DNA of 64,000 bases from Polyangiales bacterium. Lineage in GTDB: Bacteria > Myxococcota_A > Polyangia > Polyangiales > Ga0077539. The notes beneath the pieces were generated by a model. It ran no database searches. It was given only the letters and a program-made list of their open reading frames with translations, and had not been told where the DNA came from. Numbering within the stretch: the first letter of the stretch is position 1; each line of letters starts with the position of its first letter. Both the position numbers and the translations under genes were made by a program. The stretch covers positions 32,001 through 96,000 of the forward strand of contig JBGARZ010000025.1 of the NCBI GenBank assembly GCA_044229975.1, in the 5' to 3' direction. Of this stretch, positions 1 through 10,953 are shown one piece after another.

Positions 1-337
1 CGAGCCGGAAGGGCTTGGTGAGGTAGTGGTAGGCCCCGAGCCGGATCGACTCCACGGCGGTGTCGATGGCCCCGTAGGCCGTCATCACGATCACGGGCCG
101 CTGCGGCGCCAGGCGTCGTGACTCTGCGAGCAGAGACAGTCCGTCGATCCCCTCCATGCGCAGGTCGGTCACGAGCGCGTCGATCGGCCCGCGCTCCAGG
201 CGCTCGACCGCGTCGCGCCCGGAACTCATGGCCGTCGCCTGAAAGCCCCGGTCGTTGAGGCCCTCGGCGAGTGTCTCGGCGAGGTCCAGCTCGTCGTCCA
301 CGACGAGCACATGGATGGGTGGATCAGGCGATGGCAT
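1..337 (-). CDS. Response regulator, N-terminal receiver domain (runs off window edge); probably NtrC-family sigma54-dependent
   Basis: Hand translation from ATG at 337: MPSPDPPIHVLVVDDELDLAETL...LVTDLRMEGIDGL...VIVMTAYGAIDTAVESIRLGAYHYLTKPF, with receiver DD, D, T and KP motifs; overlaps the stop of the upstream kinase. Confidence 0.85.
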   Translation of the reverse strand, partial: MPSPDPPIHVLVVDDELDLAETLAEGLNDRGFQATAMSSGRDAVERLERGPIDALVTDLRMEGIDGLSLLAESRRLAPQRPVIVMTAYGAIDTAVESIRLGAYHYLTKPFRL

Positions 338-1757
338 CGACGGCTCCTGGGGCGACGGGCAGGCGGACGGTGGCACGCGTGCCACGCGGATCGCGGGGAG
401 CGAGGACGAGCGTGCCGCGGTGGATCTTGACGATCTCCCTCGCGATCGCGAGCCCGAGGCCGGTGCCCTGTCCGGCGGGCTTGGTGCTGAAAAAGGGCTC
501 GGTCACCCGCGCCATGAGGTCGGGGCTGATGCCGGTCCCGTCGTCATCGACCTCGAAGCAAGCCTCCCCACCGCCTGCTCCGAGAGCGGCCGTGAAGGAC
601 ACCTGGCCACCCGTCTCGCAGGCGTCGCAGGCGTTGAGCAGAAGGTTGATGAGCGCGTGTTCGAGCAGGCGACGGTCGCCCTGCACGGGGCCGAGATCGG
701 ACGGTGCCTTCGTCGTGAGAGCGACCCCGGCCTTGGCAAAGCGGTGCTCCACGAGCGAGGCGGCATCCTGCATCATCGCCGCCGGATCGATTCGTTCGAG
801 GGACGGCCGGTCACCGCGCGCGAAGCGGAGGAACCCGCGGACGACGCCGTCGATGCGCGACGACTGGTCGAGGATGCGTTGCAGGGCGTGGGCGGTGCGC
901 GGGTCGCCGCGGAGCCGGTCGAGGAGCTGCTCAGCGCGACCGTGGATCACGCTGAGGGGCGTCGAGATCTCGTGCGCGACGCCCGCGGCGAGCGTGAGCA
1001 TGGTGACGGCGCGGCCCTCGCGTTCGAGCTGTTCGTCGCGCTGCTGTTCGAGTTCGGTGAGCGTCAGCTCGCGGAGCAGGGAGAGTTCCTTGCGCTCCGA
1101 CCGGAGGGCGAAGCCCCCGAACACGAGCACCAACACGCCGCTCAGGGCCACGCCGAACATCAGCCGCCAACGCGCACGCGCTTCGCGGTCCCGTTCGGAC
1201 GCCGCGCTCGCGACTACCGCGACGTCCCACCGACCCTGTGCGCCCGCGTCGGCCGATGCGAAGCCAGCGACGGCGATGCGCCTGGGCAACCGGAGCGCAG
1301 CGGCCTGCGAGCGCGTCAGCCGGGTCGAGGCGCGGGATCGCGTGACGGACTCCTGGAGAGGTTCGCTCTCGAAGCGTCGCCCGGTCGCAGTCTGAAAGAG
1401 GGCCTCGCCAGGCGGACGCAGCGCCACCAGGACATCGGCGCCGACGGTGAGCCCGTGGAGCAGCACTTCCGCACTTGGGATCAGCCCTGGACGTCCTGGG
1501 CTTTGGGGTGCCTGGAGGCGCGCGGCGATGGTTGCGGCGACCAGGGATGCGAGCGTGACCTGTTGTTGTTCGGCGACGGCTAGCATCGCCTCCGCTTCAC
1601 GGTTCTGATCCCATAGTCCGAGAGCCGCCACCGCGACGACGGAGAGCACCATCAGTCCACCGAGCCACGAACGCCGCGCGATCCTCCGCCGGGTGGCGAA
1701 CGCTGACCTCAACCTCACGGTTTGGTCCGTGGCATCGGATGCATGCTCGGTTCTCAC
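324..1757 (-). CDS. Membrane sensor histidine kinase
   Basis: Two TM segments, H-box AHEISTPL, N-box NLLLNACDA, DDDGTGI, PFFSTK, GTGLGL; start codon uncertain. Confidence 0.92.
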   Translation of the reverse strand: MRTEHASDATDQTVRLRSAFATRRRIARRSWLGGLMVLSVVAVAALGLWDQNREAEAMLAVAEQQQVTLASLVAATIAARLQAPQSPGRPGLIPSAEVLLHGLTVGADVLVALRPPGEALFQTATGRRFESEPLQESVTRSRASTRLTRSQAAALRLPRRIAVAGFASADAGAQGRWDVAVVASAASERDREARARWRLMFGVALSGVLVLVFGGFALRSERKELSLLRELTLTELEQQRDEQLEREGRAVTMLTLAAGVAHEISTPLSVIHGRAEQLLDRLRGDPRTAHALQRILDQSSRIDGVVRGFLRFARGDRPSLERIDPAAMMQDAASLVEHRFAKAGVALTTKAPSDLGPVQGDRRLLEHALINLLLNACDACETGGQVSFTAALGAGGGEACFEVDDDGTGISPDLMARVTEPFFSTKPAGQGTGLGLAIAREIVKIHRGTLVLAPRDPRGTRATVRLPVAPGAVDAIA

Positions 1758-1821
1758 GTCGCAAGGTTCGTACCCCCGAACGGACGCGACGACACCATGG
1801 CCTCACCTACGCCCGCACCCC

Positions 1822-1838
1822 GCGGTATCGCGCTTGCT
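1822..1838 (+). promoter_or_regulatory. Putative sigma54 -24/-12 promoter
   Basis: GCGG-TATCGCGCTT-GCT (GG 1824-25, N10, GC 1836-37) upstream of the receiver gene at 1889. Confidence 0.6.
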
Positions 1839-1888
1839 CTGGCTGACGGCTCCTCTATGTCCATCCCAGTCGTTCCCATCGCGCGCGC

Positions 1889-2275
1889 ATGAACGCCGCG
1901 AGCAAGATCATCCTCGTCGTCGATGACGACGAGAACTTCAACGCCCTCACCTGCCTTCGACTGTCGCGAGACGGCTATCAGCCCGTCGGGGTGCCCGACG
2001 CACCTGCTGCGTTCGCGAGCCTCCGAGAGCAACGCCCGGCGCTCATCCTGCTCGACATCGGGTTGCCAGGAATGGACGGTTGGGAGGTCTGCCGAACCCT
2101 CGCCACCGATGCGACGTGGCGGGACATCCCAATCGTGATCTTTACGGGCAAGGGCGCGCGCGAGGACTTCGATCGGGGCCGGAGCTTCCCCAACGTCTGC
2201 GGGTACTTCGTCAAGCCGTACACCGCCGAGGACGTCATCCAGCACATCGCGCGCGTGCTCAAAGCGCAGAGATGA
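1889..2275 (+). CDS. Single-domain response regulator (CheY-like)
   Basis: ILVVDDD, LILLDIGLPGMDGWEVC, FTG, KPY; 128 aa. Confidence 0.9.
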   Translation: MNAASKIILVVDDDENFNALTCLRLSRDGYQPVGVPDAPAAFASLREQRPALILLDIGLPGMDGWEVCRTLATDATWRDIPIVIFTGKGAREDFDRGRSFPNVCGYFVKPYTAEDVIQHIARVLKAQR

Positions 2276-2288
2276 ACCATTGCGACTC

Positions 2289-2380
2289 GGAGTTTCTCCG
2301 ACGACGCACGGAAAAAGTCCCTGCGGTCGTCGTCCCGCGTCGGCGCAGCGTCTCAGCGCGCTCGCGGTATGGAGCGTGCT
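2289..2380 (+). promoter_or_regulatory. Tandem GGA-N5-TCC boxes plus sigma54 promoter (copy 1)
   Basis: GGAGTTTCTCC 2289-2299, GGAAAAAGTCC 2310-2320; GG-TATGGAGCGT-GC 2366-2379. Confidence 0.65.
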
Positions 2381-2393
2381 GTCCGAGCGAGCG

Positions 2394-2585
2394 ATGTCTG
2401 TCCCGGACTCCACACCCGCCCCATCGGCTCTCGCTCGCCGCCCGCTGCGTGTGCTGGTGCCTGGCCTCGTCTGGTGCGCGATTGCGATCCTGGCGTTTCT
2501 ACTGCTGGTGGTAGCCAGTGGTCCGCCGTCGGGGGAGATTCCGGGACCAGAGCCGTCGCAGCATCGCGTCGCGGGCGAGCGATGA
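2394..2585 (+). CDS. Small single-TM membrane protein, 63 aa
   Basis: MSVPDS...VLVPGLVWCAIAILAFLLLVVASG; ATGA overlap with the ClC start; lies just after a sigma54 motif. Confidence 0.55.
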   Translation: MSVPDSTPAPSALARRPLRVLVPGLVWCAIAILAFLLLVVASGPPSGEIPGPEPSQHRVAGER

Positions 2586-4630
2586 CCGAGCTGCGGGCGC
2601 AGCGACCGCTCGTCGGTACGGTCGGAGCCCCGTGGGGCGAACGGATCGCCTTCGCCATCGCCATCGTCGTCGTGGGTGCGCTCGGGGCGGCCTTCGCGAT
2701 CGGCTTTCGCATCGGCCTGCGCGGGGGATTCATCACGCTGCTCGGGGGCGAGAACGTGCTTGTGGCCTTCGGTCGCCTGCCCCTCGTGATGAGGGTGCTG
2801 CTCCCCGCGCTCGGTGGGTTGGCCGCCGGTCTCGTGAGCGACCTCGCGGCGCGCCGATCGGGCTATGGCGTCGGAGAGGTCCTCGAAGCGGTCACCGTTG
2901 GTCGAGGGCAGCTCTCCCTGTCGGCCTGCCTTTGGAAGAGTGCGGCGTCCTTCCTCGCGATCGTGACGGGAGGCTCGCTCGGGCGCGAGGGCTCCATCAT
3001 CCAGTTTGGCGCGGGGGCTGGATCTCTCGTGGGCCATCGCATGGGACTGACCGCGACCCACGCCCGGGCTCTCATCGCGGTCGGAACAGGCGCGGGCTTC
3101 GCGGCGGCCTACAACACCCCCATCGCGGCAGTGCTGTTCGTGGTCGAAGTGGTCCTCGGCGTGGCCACGCTCGACGTGGTCCTACCGGTGGTTGTCGGTA
3201 CGGTGGTCGCGACGGGTCTCACGCGCGCCGCACTGGGTGGTGGGCCGATCTACGGGGTCCGTGCGTTTGCCCTCCTCTCGTCGTGGGAGCTGCTGGCGTA
3301 CCTGGCGCTCGGCCTCGCCGCGGGAGGACTCGGTCCGGTCTTCCTCGAAGCACTCGCCGGCGGCGAGCGGGTCTTCCGGTCGATGAGCGCCTCACGGGCC
3401 GTTCGTGGAGCGTTGGGTGGCCTCGGCGTGGGTCTGCTCGCGTCGAAGCTCCCCGAGGTGACGGGCAACGGCTTCGAGGCGATTCATCTCATCCTCGACG
3501 CTCGCGTCGCGACGGGCTTCCTCGCGCTCCTCCTCGTGAGCAAAGGACTCGCGACAGTCTCATCGGTCGGTTCTGGGAGCCCTGGCGGAGTGTTCACTCC
3601 GACGCTGTTCCTGGGCGCCGCGCTCGGCAGCCTCGTGGGTCACGGCGCGCACGCGCTCCCAGGTGTGTTTGGCGCAGGCGTGGTGCCCGAGGGCTACGCG
3701 CTCGTCGGGATGGCGGCGCTCGCCGCGGCGACCACCCACGCGCCCGTGATGGCGTGCGTGCTGGTGTTCGAGCTCTCCGGTGACTACGCGATCGTGCTCC
3801 CGCTCCTGCTCGCGACCGCCGTTGCGACCTCGGTCGCGCGCCTGTTGCGCCCTTCCTCGGTCTACACCGACGAACTCCGACGGCGCGGCGTGGCGTGGGA
3901 GGGGAGCATCACCGAGCGCCTCGCGCGGGCGGTGCGCGCCCGTGACGTTCTCGAAATGGACCCGCCGACTGTCCCCGCAGACGCGCCGATCGAACGCGCC
4001 CTGACGCTGCTCCACGCGAGCCGCGGGAGACGGGTGTACGTCCTCGACGGGACGACCATCCGGGCCATCGACCTGCACCTCGCGCACGACCTATGGGTCG
4101 AGGCCGCCACCGGCGGGGGGGCGGTCCTCGACCGGACGGCGGGCTCGCTCGCGGTGCCGGTGACCGTCGCGGGGGCCGACGACACGCTCTTCGAGCTCAA
4201 CGAGAAACTCTGGGGCATGGACTTCGGTGAGATCCCTGTCCGTGATCCATCGAACGCAGCGCGTGTGATGGGCGTGGTGACGCGTCGCGCGCTCCTCGGG
4301 GCCTTCGACCGCGAGCTGCTCCAGCGCGACCTCTTGCTGACGCGGGTGGTGTGGTCCGAGGGTGGGCGCGAGCGGGCGGACTACCTGGAGCTCGCCGAGG
4401 GACAGCGCGTCGAGGTGATCGCCCCGCCTGCGCACATGCTCGGCGTGAAGGCCGACGTGGGAATGCTGCGGTCGCGCTACCGGGTGACCGTCGTGGCGGT
4501 GCGGCAGGCCCTGCACCGAGAGCCCGCGTGGCGCGACCCGGAGGACTCCGAGGCACTCCGCCGCGGCGATCGGCTCCTGGTGATCGGCGATCTTGCCCGG
4601 ATCAATACACTGCGCGGAGAAGACCGATGA
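2582..4630 (+). CDS. ClC-family chloride channel/transporter (ClcB-like) with CBS pair and C-terminal TrkA_C-like domain
   Basis: GGSLGREGS, AAAYNTPIAAVLFVVE, GSPGGVFTP, THAPV, SVYT; CBS-like segment, then VTVVAVRQ...LRRGDRLLVIG; start taken at ATG 2582. Confidence 0.9.
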   Translation: MTELRAQRPLVGTVGAPWGERIAFAIAIVVVGALGAAFAIGFRIGLRGGFITLLGGENVLVAFGRLPLVMRVLLPALGGLAAGLVSDLAARRSGYGVGEVLEAVTVGRGQLSLSACLWKSAASFLAIVTGGSLGREGSIIQFGAGAGSLVGHRMGLTATHARALIAVGTGAGFAAAYNTPIAAVLFVVEVVLGVATLDVVLPVVVGTVVATGLTRAALGGGPIYGVRAFALLSSWELLAYLALGLAAGGLGPVFLEALAGGERVFRSMSASRAVRGALGGLGVGLLASKLPEVTGNGFEAIHLILDARVATGFLALLLVSKGLATVSSVGSGSPGGVFTPTLFLGAALGSLVGHGAHALPGVFGAGVVPEGYALVGMAALAAATTHAPVMACVLVFELSGDYAIVLPLLLATAVATSVARLLRPSSVYTDELRRRGVAWEGSITERLARAVRARDVLEMDPPTVPADAPIERALTLLHASRGRRVYVLDGTTIRAIDLHLAHDLWVEAATGGGAVLDRTAGSLAVPVTVAGADDTLFELNEKLWGMDFGEIPVRDPSNAARVMGVVTRRALLGAFDRELLQRDLLLTRVVWSEGGRERADYLELAEGQRVEVIAPPAHMLGVKADVGMLRSRYRVTVVAVRQALHREPAWRDPEDSEALRRGDRLLVIGDLARINTLRGEDR

Positions 4631-4694
4631 CGAGAGACCAGTCGATGTCGAACGGGGCCGTTGTTTGCGAGCCGCACCCACGACGGAGGCGCCG

Positions 4695-4856
4695 ATGAGT
4701 GACGTCGTGCCCCCCGCGGAGAAGCCTCGCTCCCTGTGGCGGTCGTTGAAGGAGGACGCGACGTTCCGCGCGACCTTTCTCGCAGTCTTCGTCGTCCCTG
4801 CGCTGCTCATGGCGGGGACCATCGGGTGGATCGTGCGCGCCATGGCCTTGCGCTGA
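4695..4856 (+). CDS. Small single-TM membrane protein, 53 aa
   Basis: GGAGG RBS; MSDVVPP...FLAVFVVPALLMAGTIGWIV. Confidence 0.55.
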   Translation: MSDVVPPAEKPRSLWRSLKEDATFRATFLAVFVVPALLMAGTIGWIVRAMALR

Positions 4857-4862
4857 GCGCTG

Positions 4863-6443
4863 TCACCGACGCGCAGGCCCGCGCGCTTCACCAGAGCCGA
4901 GCGTGGCGACGGGGACACAGAGGACGGCCGTTGTTCCGCGAGGTCTTCGGGGCGCCAGGGCGAGCGCCCCCCGGTGAATCTTCACGATCTCGTTTGCGAT
5001 GGTGAGGCCGAGCTCTGCCCCGAGCCTCGGGGCCTTGGTGCTGAGGAAGGGCTCCCTGACGTGCGCCATGAGGTCGGGTCCGACCCCAACGCCGTCGTCC
5101 TCGACCTCGAACTGTACCGAGGTCGCGTCGTGGTGAAGGGCCAGGCGCACGGACCCGCCGCGTTCACAGGCGCCGCAGGCGTTGAGCATGAGGTTGACGA
5201 GCGCGTGTTCAAGGAGTCGCCGGTCTCCGCGGATCGTAGGCCCGCCCGCACGCGCCTCGGTCTCCAGTCCGACGCCCGCCCGGGTGAAGCGATGCTCGAC
5301 GAGCGTGGCGGCGTCCTCCGCAATCTCCGCGGGGTCGAGCCGCTCCAGCGCCGGGCTCGCGCCTCGGGCGAGTCGCAGGAAGCCCCGGATCACGCTGTCG
5401 ATGCGGTCTGTCTGATCGAGGATGCGCTGGGCCGCGTTGGCGCCGCGCGCGTCGTCGGCGAAGCGCCCCAGGAGCTGCTCGGCGCGTCCATGGATGACGC
5501 CGAGCGGCGTAGAGATCTCATGGGCGACGCTCGTGGCGAAGGTCAGCATCGTGGCGGCGCGTCCCTGGTGTTCGAGCTGCTCCTCCCGCTCCTGTTCCTG
5601 CTCGGCGAGGGTGAGCTCTTGCAGCAGTCCGAGCTCCTTGCGCTCCGCTCGCAGCGCGTACCATCCGAAGGCCAGCACGAGGCCGCCCGCGAGCGCGACG
5701 CCGAACAGGATGCGCCACCTCGCCCGGGTCTGCCGATCGCGCTCCGCAGCGAGGCTCATCGCGACCACCACGTCCCACTGACCCAGCGGGCCCGCGTCGA
5801 TGCGTGACGCGCCCGCCACGGCGACGCGGCGAGGCAATCCCAGCGCGGCCGCCTGCTCGCGGGTGAGGCGTCTCGCGCCCGGTCGATCTGCGAGGGGTCC
5901 GAGGAGGTCCGGGTCGAGCTGCCGACCCGACGACACGAGGAACGCATGCTCGTTGGGAGGCCGCAGCGCCACCCACTGTCCTTCCTCGATGCTCAGGTCG
6001 GCGAGGAAGGGGGCGATCGGGACGTTCATGTCCACCCAGCGATGTCCTGACACCGGCACGCTGAGGCCGAGGCGACCCGCTGCCGCCGGAGGGCGAGAAG
6101 CGTTCGCCGAGACGACACGCAGTCCCTCGTACCGCCATCGACCCAGCAGCGGGCGGGCGTCGCTCGTGGGGTCGTCGGCAGCGAGAGCGATGGCATCCGC
6201 ACGAACGACGTCGAGTCTCGCCGTGATCACCGAAGCCACGAGGGTCGCGAACGCAGTCTGCCGCTTCTCAAGCTCTGCGAGTGACGCCTCGGCTTCGCGT
6301 TCCTGATCCCAGAGGCCCACGATGACGACGAGGCCCAGCGAGAGGGCCATCAACCCGGCGAGCCAGGGGTTGCCGGCGGCCCGGCCAGCACCCGTTCTCA
6401 CTGCCTTCAACTCGGCCACGAGGCATCCCGGGCGATCACGCAC
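4863..6443 (-). CDS. Membrane sensor histidine kinase, paralog of 324-1757
   Basis: AHEISTPL, NLMLNACGA, EDDGVG, PFLSTK; shares LWDQxRE and LTRxQAAALxLPRRxAVAG with the first kinase. Confidence 0.88.
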   Translation of the reverse strand: MRDRPGCLVAELKAVRTGAGRAAGNPWLAGLMALSLGLVVIVGLWDQEREAEASLAELEKRQTAFATLVASVITARLDVVRADAIALAADDPTSDARPLLGRWRYEGLRVVSANASRPPAAAGRLGLSVPVSGHRWVDMNVPIAPFLADLSIEEGQWVALRPPNEHAFLVSSGRQLDPDLLGPLADRPGARRLTREQAAALGLPRRVAVAGASRIDAGPLGQWDVVVAMSLAAERDRQTRARWRILFGVALAGGLVLAFGWYALRAERKELGLLQELTLAEQEQEREEQLEHQGRAATMLTFATSVAHEISTPLGVIHGRAEQLLGRFADDARGANAAQRILDQTDRIDSVIRGFLRLARGASPALERLDPAEIAEDAATLVEHRFTRAGVGLETEARAGGPTIRGDRRLLEHALVNLMLNACGACERGGSVRLALHHDATSVQFEVEDDGVGVGPDLMAHVREPFLSTKAPRLGAELGLTIANEIVKIHRGALALAPRRPRGTTAVLCVPVATLGSGEARGPARR

Positions 6444-6504
6444 TGACGCCTTCGAGCAAAGATCTGACCGTCGGTCGGACCTCGTCGAAACGTTGAGGGG
6501 TGAG

Positions 6505-6608
6505 GGAATTTTTCCGTAGCCGGACGGAAGAACTCCGCGGAAGTTCAGCCCACGAACACCCCAACAGTTCGACTGTGCGGCTTCTGTGTCGTTGGACTAC
6601 GACATGCA
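6505..6608 (+). promoter_or_regulatory. Tandem GGA-N5-TCC boxes plus sigma54 promoter (copy 2)
   Basis: GGAATTTTTCC 6505-6515, GGAAGAACTCC 6526-6536; TGG-ACTACGACAT-GCA (GG 6594-95, GC 6606-07). Confidence 0.65.
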
Positions 6609-6623
6609 GACCGCGCATCGAGT

Positions 6624-7406
6624 ATGGAGGCTCTCAACGCGCGCGTCGCAAGGCGGGCAGTCGGTCCGTCCTGGCTTCACTTCATCCCGCCCCGTCCGCG
6701 GACCGTGCTGGTGACGCTGCCCGCGATCTGGCTGCTCTGCTTGCTGATCTCGTTCCTCGGGTCTTCGCGCCGCGCCCAGTACTGGGGACGAGCTGATACC
6801 CCCGAGCGGGATGAGTGGCCGCTCACCCGACTCATCATGGATGCGGCGAACGTCAGGCCCGGAATGCAGGTCGCGGACGTCGGTGCCGGGGGCGGGTACT
6901 TCACGTTCCGCTTCGCACGAGAGGTGGGGCCGCGCGGGCGGGTCGTGGCCACGGACATCGACCCCCACATGATCGGAGAACTCTACCTGGAGCGGATGCG
7001 TCGCTCCGCTTCCAACGTCACCCCGCGCCTTGTGGACTCGGACGACGTGGGGCTCCCCGTCGCGAGCACCGATCTCGTGCTGGTGATGAACACCTACCAG
7101 TTCCGTGACTGCACCGAGTCGCGCAACCGGCGCTACCTTCGCGACCTCGCGCGCGCTCTCCGCCCTCGTGGCCGGGTGATCATCGCCGACGACTTCGTTC
7201 ACTCCGCGGGGTGGGTCTCTCCCGCGGAGGGCCGACCTTCTCGGTGCGGCAACCTCCCTCCCACCGCGCTTGCGAGGTTGGCGTCGCCGCATCTGACCGT
7301 GGAAAGGACCGTGTCGGTCGTGCTCCCGGGGCATCGGTACGCGCCCCGGGAAGCCCCTGGCTATCTGCTGGTCCTCGCGCGCGCCGACGCCACAACGCAG
7401 CGGTAA
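6624..7406 (+). CDS. Class I SAM-dependent methyltransferase with N-terminal hydrophobic anchor
   Basis: VADVGAGGGYFT, VVATDID, ALRPRGRVIIAD. Confidence 0.82.
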   Translation: MEALNARVARRAVGPSWLHFIPPRPRTVLVTLPAIWLLCLLISFLGSSRRAQYWGRADTPERDEWPLTRLIMDAANVRPGMQVADVGAGGGYFTFRFAREVGPRGRVVATDIDPHMIGELYLERMRRSASNVTPRLVDSDDVGLPVASTDLVLVMNTYQFRDCTESRNRRYLRDLARALRPRGRVIIADDFVHSAGWVSPAEGRPSRCGNLPPTALARLASPHLTVERTVSVVLPGHRYAPREAPGYLLVLARADATTQR

Positions 7407-7532
7407 GGAGAACCTCCGTAGGTCCCTCGGAAGAACTCCGTCTCGAAGGCTCCACGTCGATGGGGACGTGAGGACCGCGCTGCGTCGGACAAAGCGCGTC
7501 GTGGAAGCAAGGCAACCGGCATCGAGCTTGCT
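7407..7532 (+). promoter_or_regulatory. Tandem GGA-N5-TCC boxes plus sigma54 promoter (copy 3)
   Basis: GGAGAACCTCC 7407-7417, GGAAGAACTCC 7429-7439; CCGG-CATCGAGCTT-GCT (GG 7518-19, GC 7530-31). Confidence 0.75.
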
Positions 7533-7606
7533 CAACTCGTCATCGGCGATCGCGATGCGCGTTGCCGTCCACCGACAACACGTCCACCCGAAGGATCAGG
7601 AGATCA

Positions 7607-7939
7607 ATGGTGATGCACCCACGACGCAGACTTGAACCAATCCGGCCTTCGACTCGCCGCGCGCTGGCCCTTCGCGGATTGGGGGGCGTGCTCGTCGCCG
7701 CCTCGGCGTTCGTCGTCGGGTGCTCGTCGTCGCAGACGTCCGGCGCGTCGATCCCGGCCGCGGGCCGCTCGATGTGGAACCAGTGCAGCTCACCGATGAC
7801 GGCCTGGTGCCATCGCCAGGGCCAGGGCGATCCGACGCTTGACCGGGAGTGCGAGGCGACCACCGCACGCGAGTACGCGGCTCTGCCGGAGGACGCGGCA
7901 CGCCGCCAGTATCTCACGGCCCACGGCTGCACGTTGTAG
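7607..7939 (+). CDS. Small putative lipoprotein with four further Cys, 110 aa
   Basis: AGGAG RBS; basic N-terminus, hydrophobic stretch, lipobox-like VVGC; mature part has four Cys. Confidence 0.7.
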   Translation: MVMHPRRRLEPIRPSTRRALALRGLGGVLVAASAFVVGCSSSQTSGASIPAAGRSMWNQCSSPMTAWCHRQGQGDPTLDRECEATTAREYAALPEDAARRQYLTAHGCTL

Positions 7940-8022
7940 GGTCCAGCGTCACGGCGAGTCGCCGCGCTCCTTCGGGTCACTTCCGCGGGCTCGACCTCGG
8001 CACACGCCCGCGGACCACTTCA

Positions 8023-9390
<1,368 letters not shown>

Positions 9391-9405
9391 CGCTCAGGAC
9401 GACCG

Positions 9406-9534
9406 GGAAATCTTCCGGGGCCGTCGCGGAGAGACTCCCTCGCCGTCCGGCCGCGGCGTCAGGTCTCCTCCGGGACCCTCACGAAATCCGCGCTTCTCCA
9501 TCGCCATCAACAGCGGGGTGGTCTGACCCTTGCG
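9406..9534 (+). promoter_or_regulatory. Tandem GGA-N5-TCC boxes plus sigma54 promoter (copy 4)
   Basis: GGAAATCTTCC 9406-9416, GGAGAGACTCC 9428-9438; TGG-TCTGACCCTT-GC (GG 9520-21, GC 9532-33). Confidence 0.72.
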
Positions 9535-9671
9535 CAGTGGGGGCTCCGCGGCCCGTTCTGGCCCTCGCAGGAATCACTGCGCCGCAGTCCTCGTTGACGT
9601 GGCCCGATCTCCCGCCGCGACTCGCTCCTTCGGAGCGCCCACGGACGGATCAACGACCCGGAAGGTCCTCG

Positions 9672-10463
9672 ATGTCGCCTCTGCCCCTGGTCCAACTCGC
9701 CGCGGTCCTACCCTTCTTCCGCCCTCTCGGGAGCTTCGGCCCCATCAACTCATTCGGTGTGCTCGTCGCGCTCGGGGTGGCGCTCGGGTTCCGCCTCGCT
9801 GCGAGTCGCGCTCGGGTGCTCGGCCTCGATCGCGAGCAATTCGAGAGCCACGTCGTCTGGACGGTCACGACCGGCTTCGTCCTCAGCCACGTCCTCGATA
9901 CGATCTTCTATCACCCAGAGGTGCTGCTCACGCGACCGTGGGAGCTGCTGATGATCCATCAGGGGCTCTCGTCGTTTGGCGGCTTCGTCGGTGGGGTCGT
10001 CGGCTTCCTCCTCTACGCGCGCTGCCACCGGGTGGACGTCTGGCGCAGCGCGGACGCCATCGCGTTCGGTCTGCCCGCGGGGTGGCTCTTCGGTCGGATG
10101 GCGTGCGCCTCGATCCACGATCACCCCGGCGCCCTCTCGACGAGTCCCTTCGCGGTCGCGTGGCCCGGCGGTTCGCGCTTCGACCTCGGGCTGTTGGAGC
10201 TGATGTTCGTTCCGCTGCTCATCGTCGGGGTGCTCCTCGTCGCCCGGCGCACAACCCGTCCCGGCTCGACGATCGCCGCGCTTGCGCTGATGTACCCGCC
10301 GATCCGCTTCCCGCTCGACTTCCTCCGCGCGTCGGCCGCCGAGGGGGGAGACGTCCGCTACTTCGGCCTGACGCCCGGGCAGTACGCGTCCATCGGTCTC
10401 TTCGTCGTCGGCCTCTGGCTCCTGCGTCGGCTGCGCCGATCTCCCACGCAAGACGCCTCCTGA
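9672..10463 (+). CDS. lgt: Prolipoprotein diacylglyceryl transferase family protein (paralog)
   Basis: Multi-TM; GLSSFGGFVGG, GRMAC...HPG, YPPIRFPLDFLR, GLTPGQ. Confidence 0.75.
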   Translation: MSPLPLVQLAAVLPFFRPLGSFGPINSFGVLVALGVALGFRLAASRARVLGLDREQFESHVVWTVTTGFVLSHVLDTIFYHPEVLLTRPWELLMIHQGLSSFGGFVGGVVGFLLYARCHRVDVWRSADAIAFGLPAGWLFGRMACASIHDHPGALSTSPFAVAWPGGSRFDLGLLELMFVPLLIVGVLLVARRTTRPGSTIAALALMYPPIRFPLDFLRASAAEGGDVRYFGLTPGQYASIGLFVVGLWLLRRLRRSPTQDAS

Positions 10464-10482
10464 GCGGTGCTCCGTGGGGCGC

Positions 10483-10953
10483 CTACCCGCTGCGGTGTTG
10501 GCGCTCGGGACGGGTGAGATGCTCCTCCACGCGAGCGGTCACGACGAGCGCGGCGAGCATCGCGACGACGAAGGCCGCGACGGAACCCGAGCCCGTGACG
10601 AGAGCGGCGATCCCTGGCCCCGGGCAGTAGCCGCCGAGCCCCCAGCCGATGCCGAAGAGCGCCGCGCCCACCAGCAGACGGGTGTCGAGGTCGCGACGGG
10701 TCGGCAGCACGAACGCCGCCGCGAGGACAGGCGAGTTGCGCCGCGTGATGAACGCGACGGCGACCGCGTGGACGGCGATGGCACCACCCATGACGAAGGC
10801 CAGCGACGGGTCCCACGCGCGAAAGAAGTCGAGGAAGCCGAGCACCTTCGCCGGCCGCGTCATGCCCGCGAGCGCGAGCCCGAAGGCGAAGAGAGCACCC
10901 GCCGCCAACGCCACGACCCGCTGCCCGAAGCGGTGCCACGAGTGCTGAGTCAC
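10483..10953 (-). CDS. YeeE/YedE-family sulfur transporter (partner subunit)
   Basis: GMTRPAKVLGFLD..WDPSLAFVMGGA, GIGWGLGGYCPGPG; GTGA overlap with the upstream gene. Confidence 0.88.
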   Translation of the reverse strand: MTQHSWHRFGQRVVALAAGALFAFGLALAGMTRPAKVLGFLDFFRAWDPSLAFVMGGAIAVHAVAVAFITRRNSPVLAAAFVLPTRRDLDTRLLVGAALFGIGWGLGGYCPGPGIAALVTGSGSVAAFVVAMLAALVVTARVEEHLTRPERQHRSG

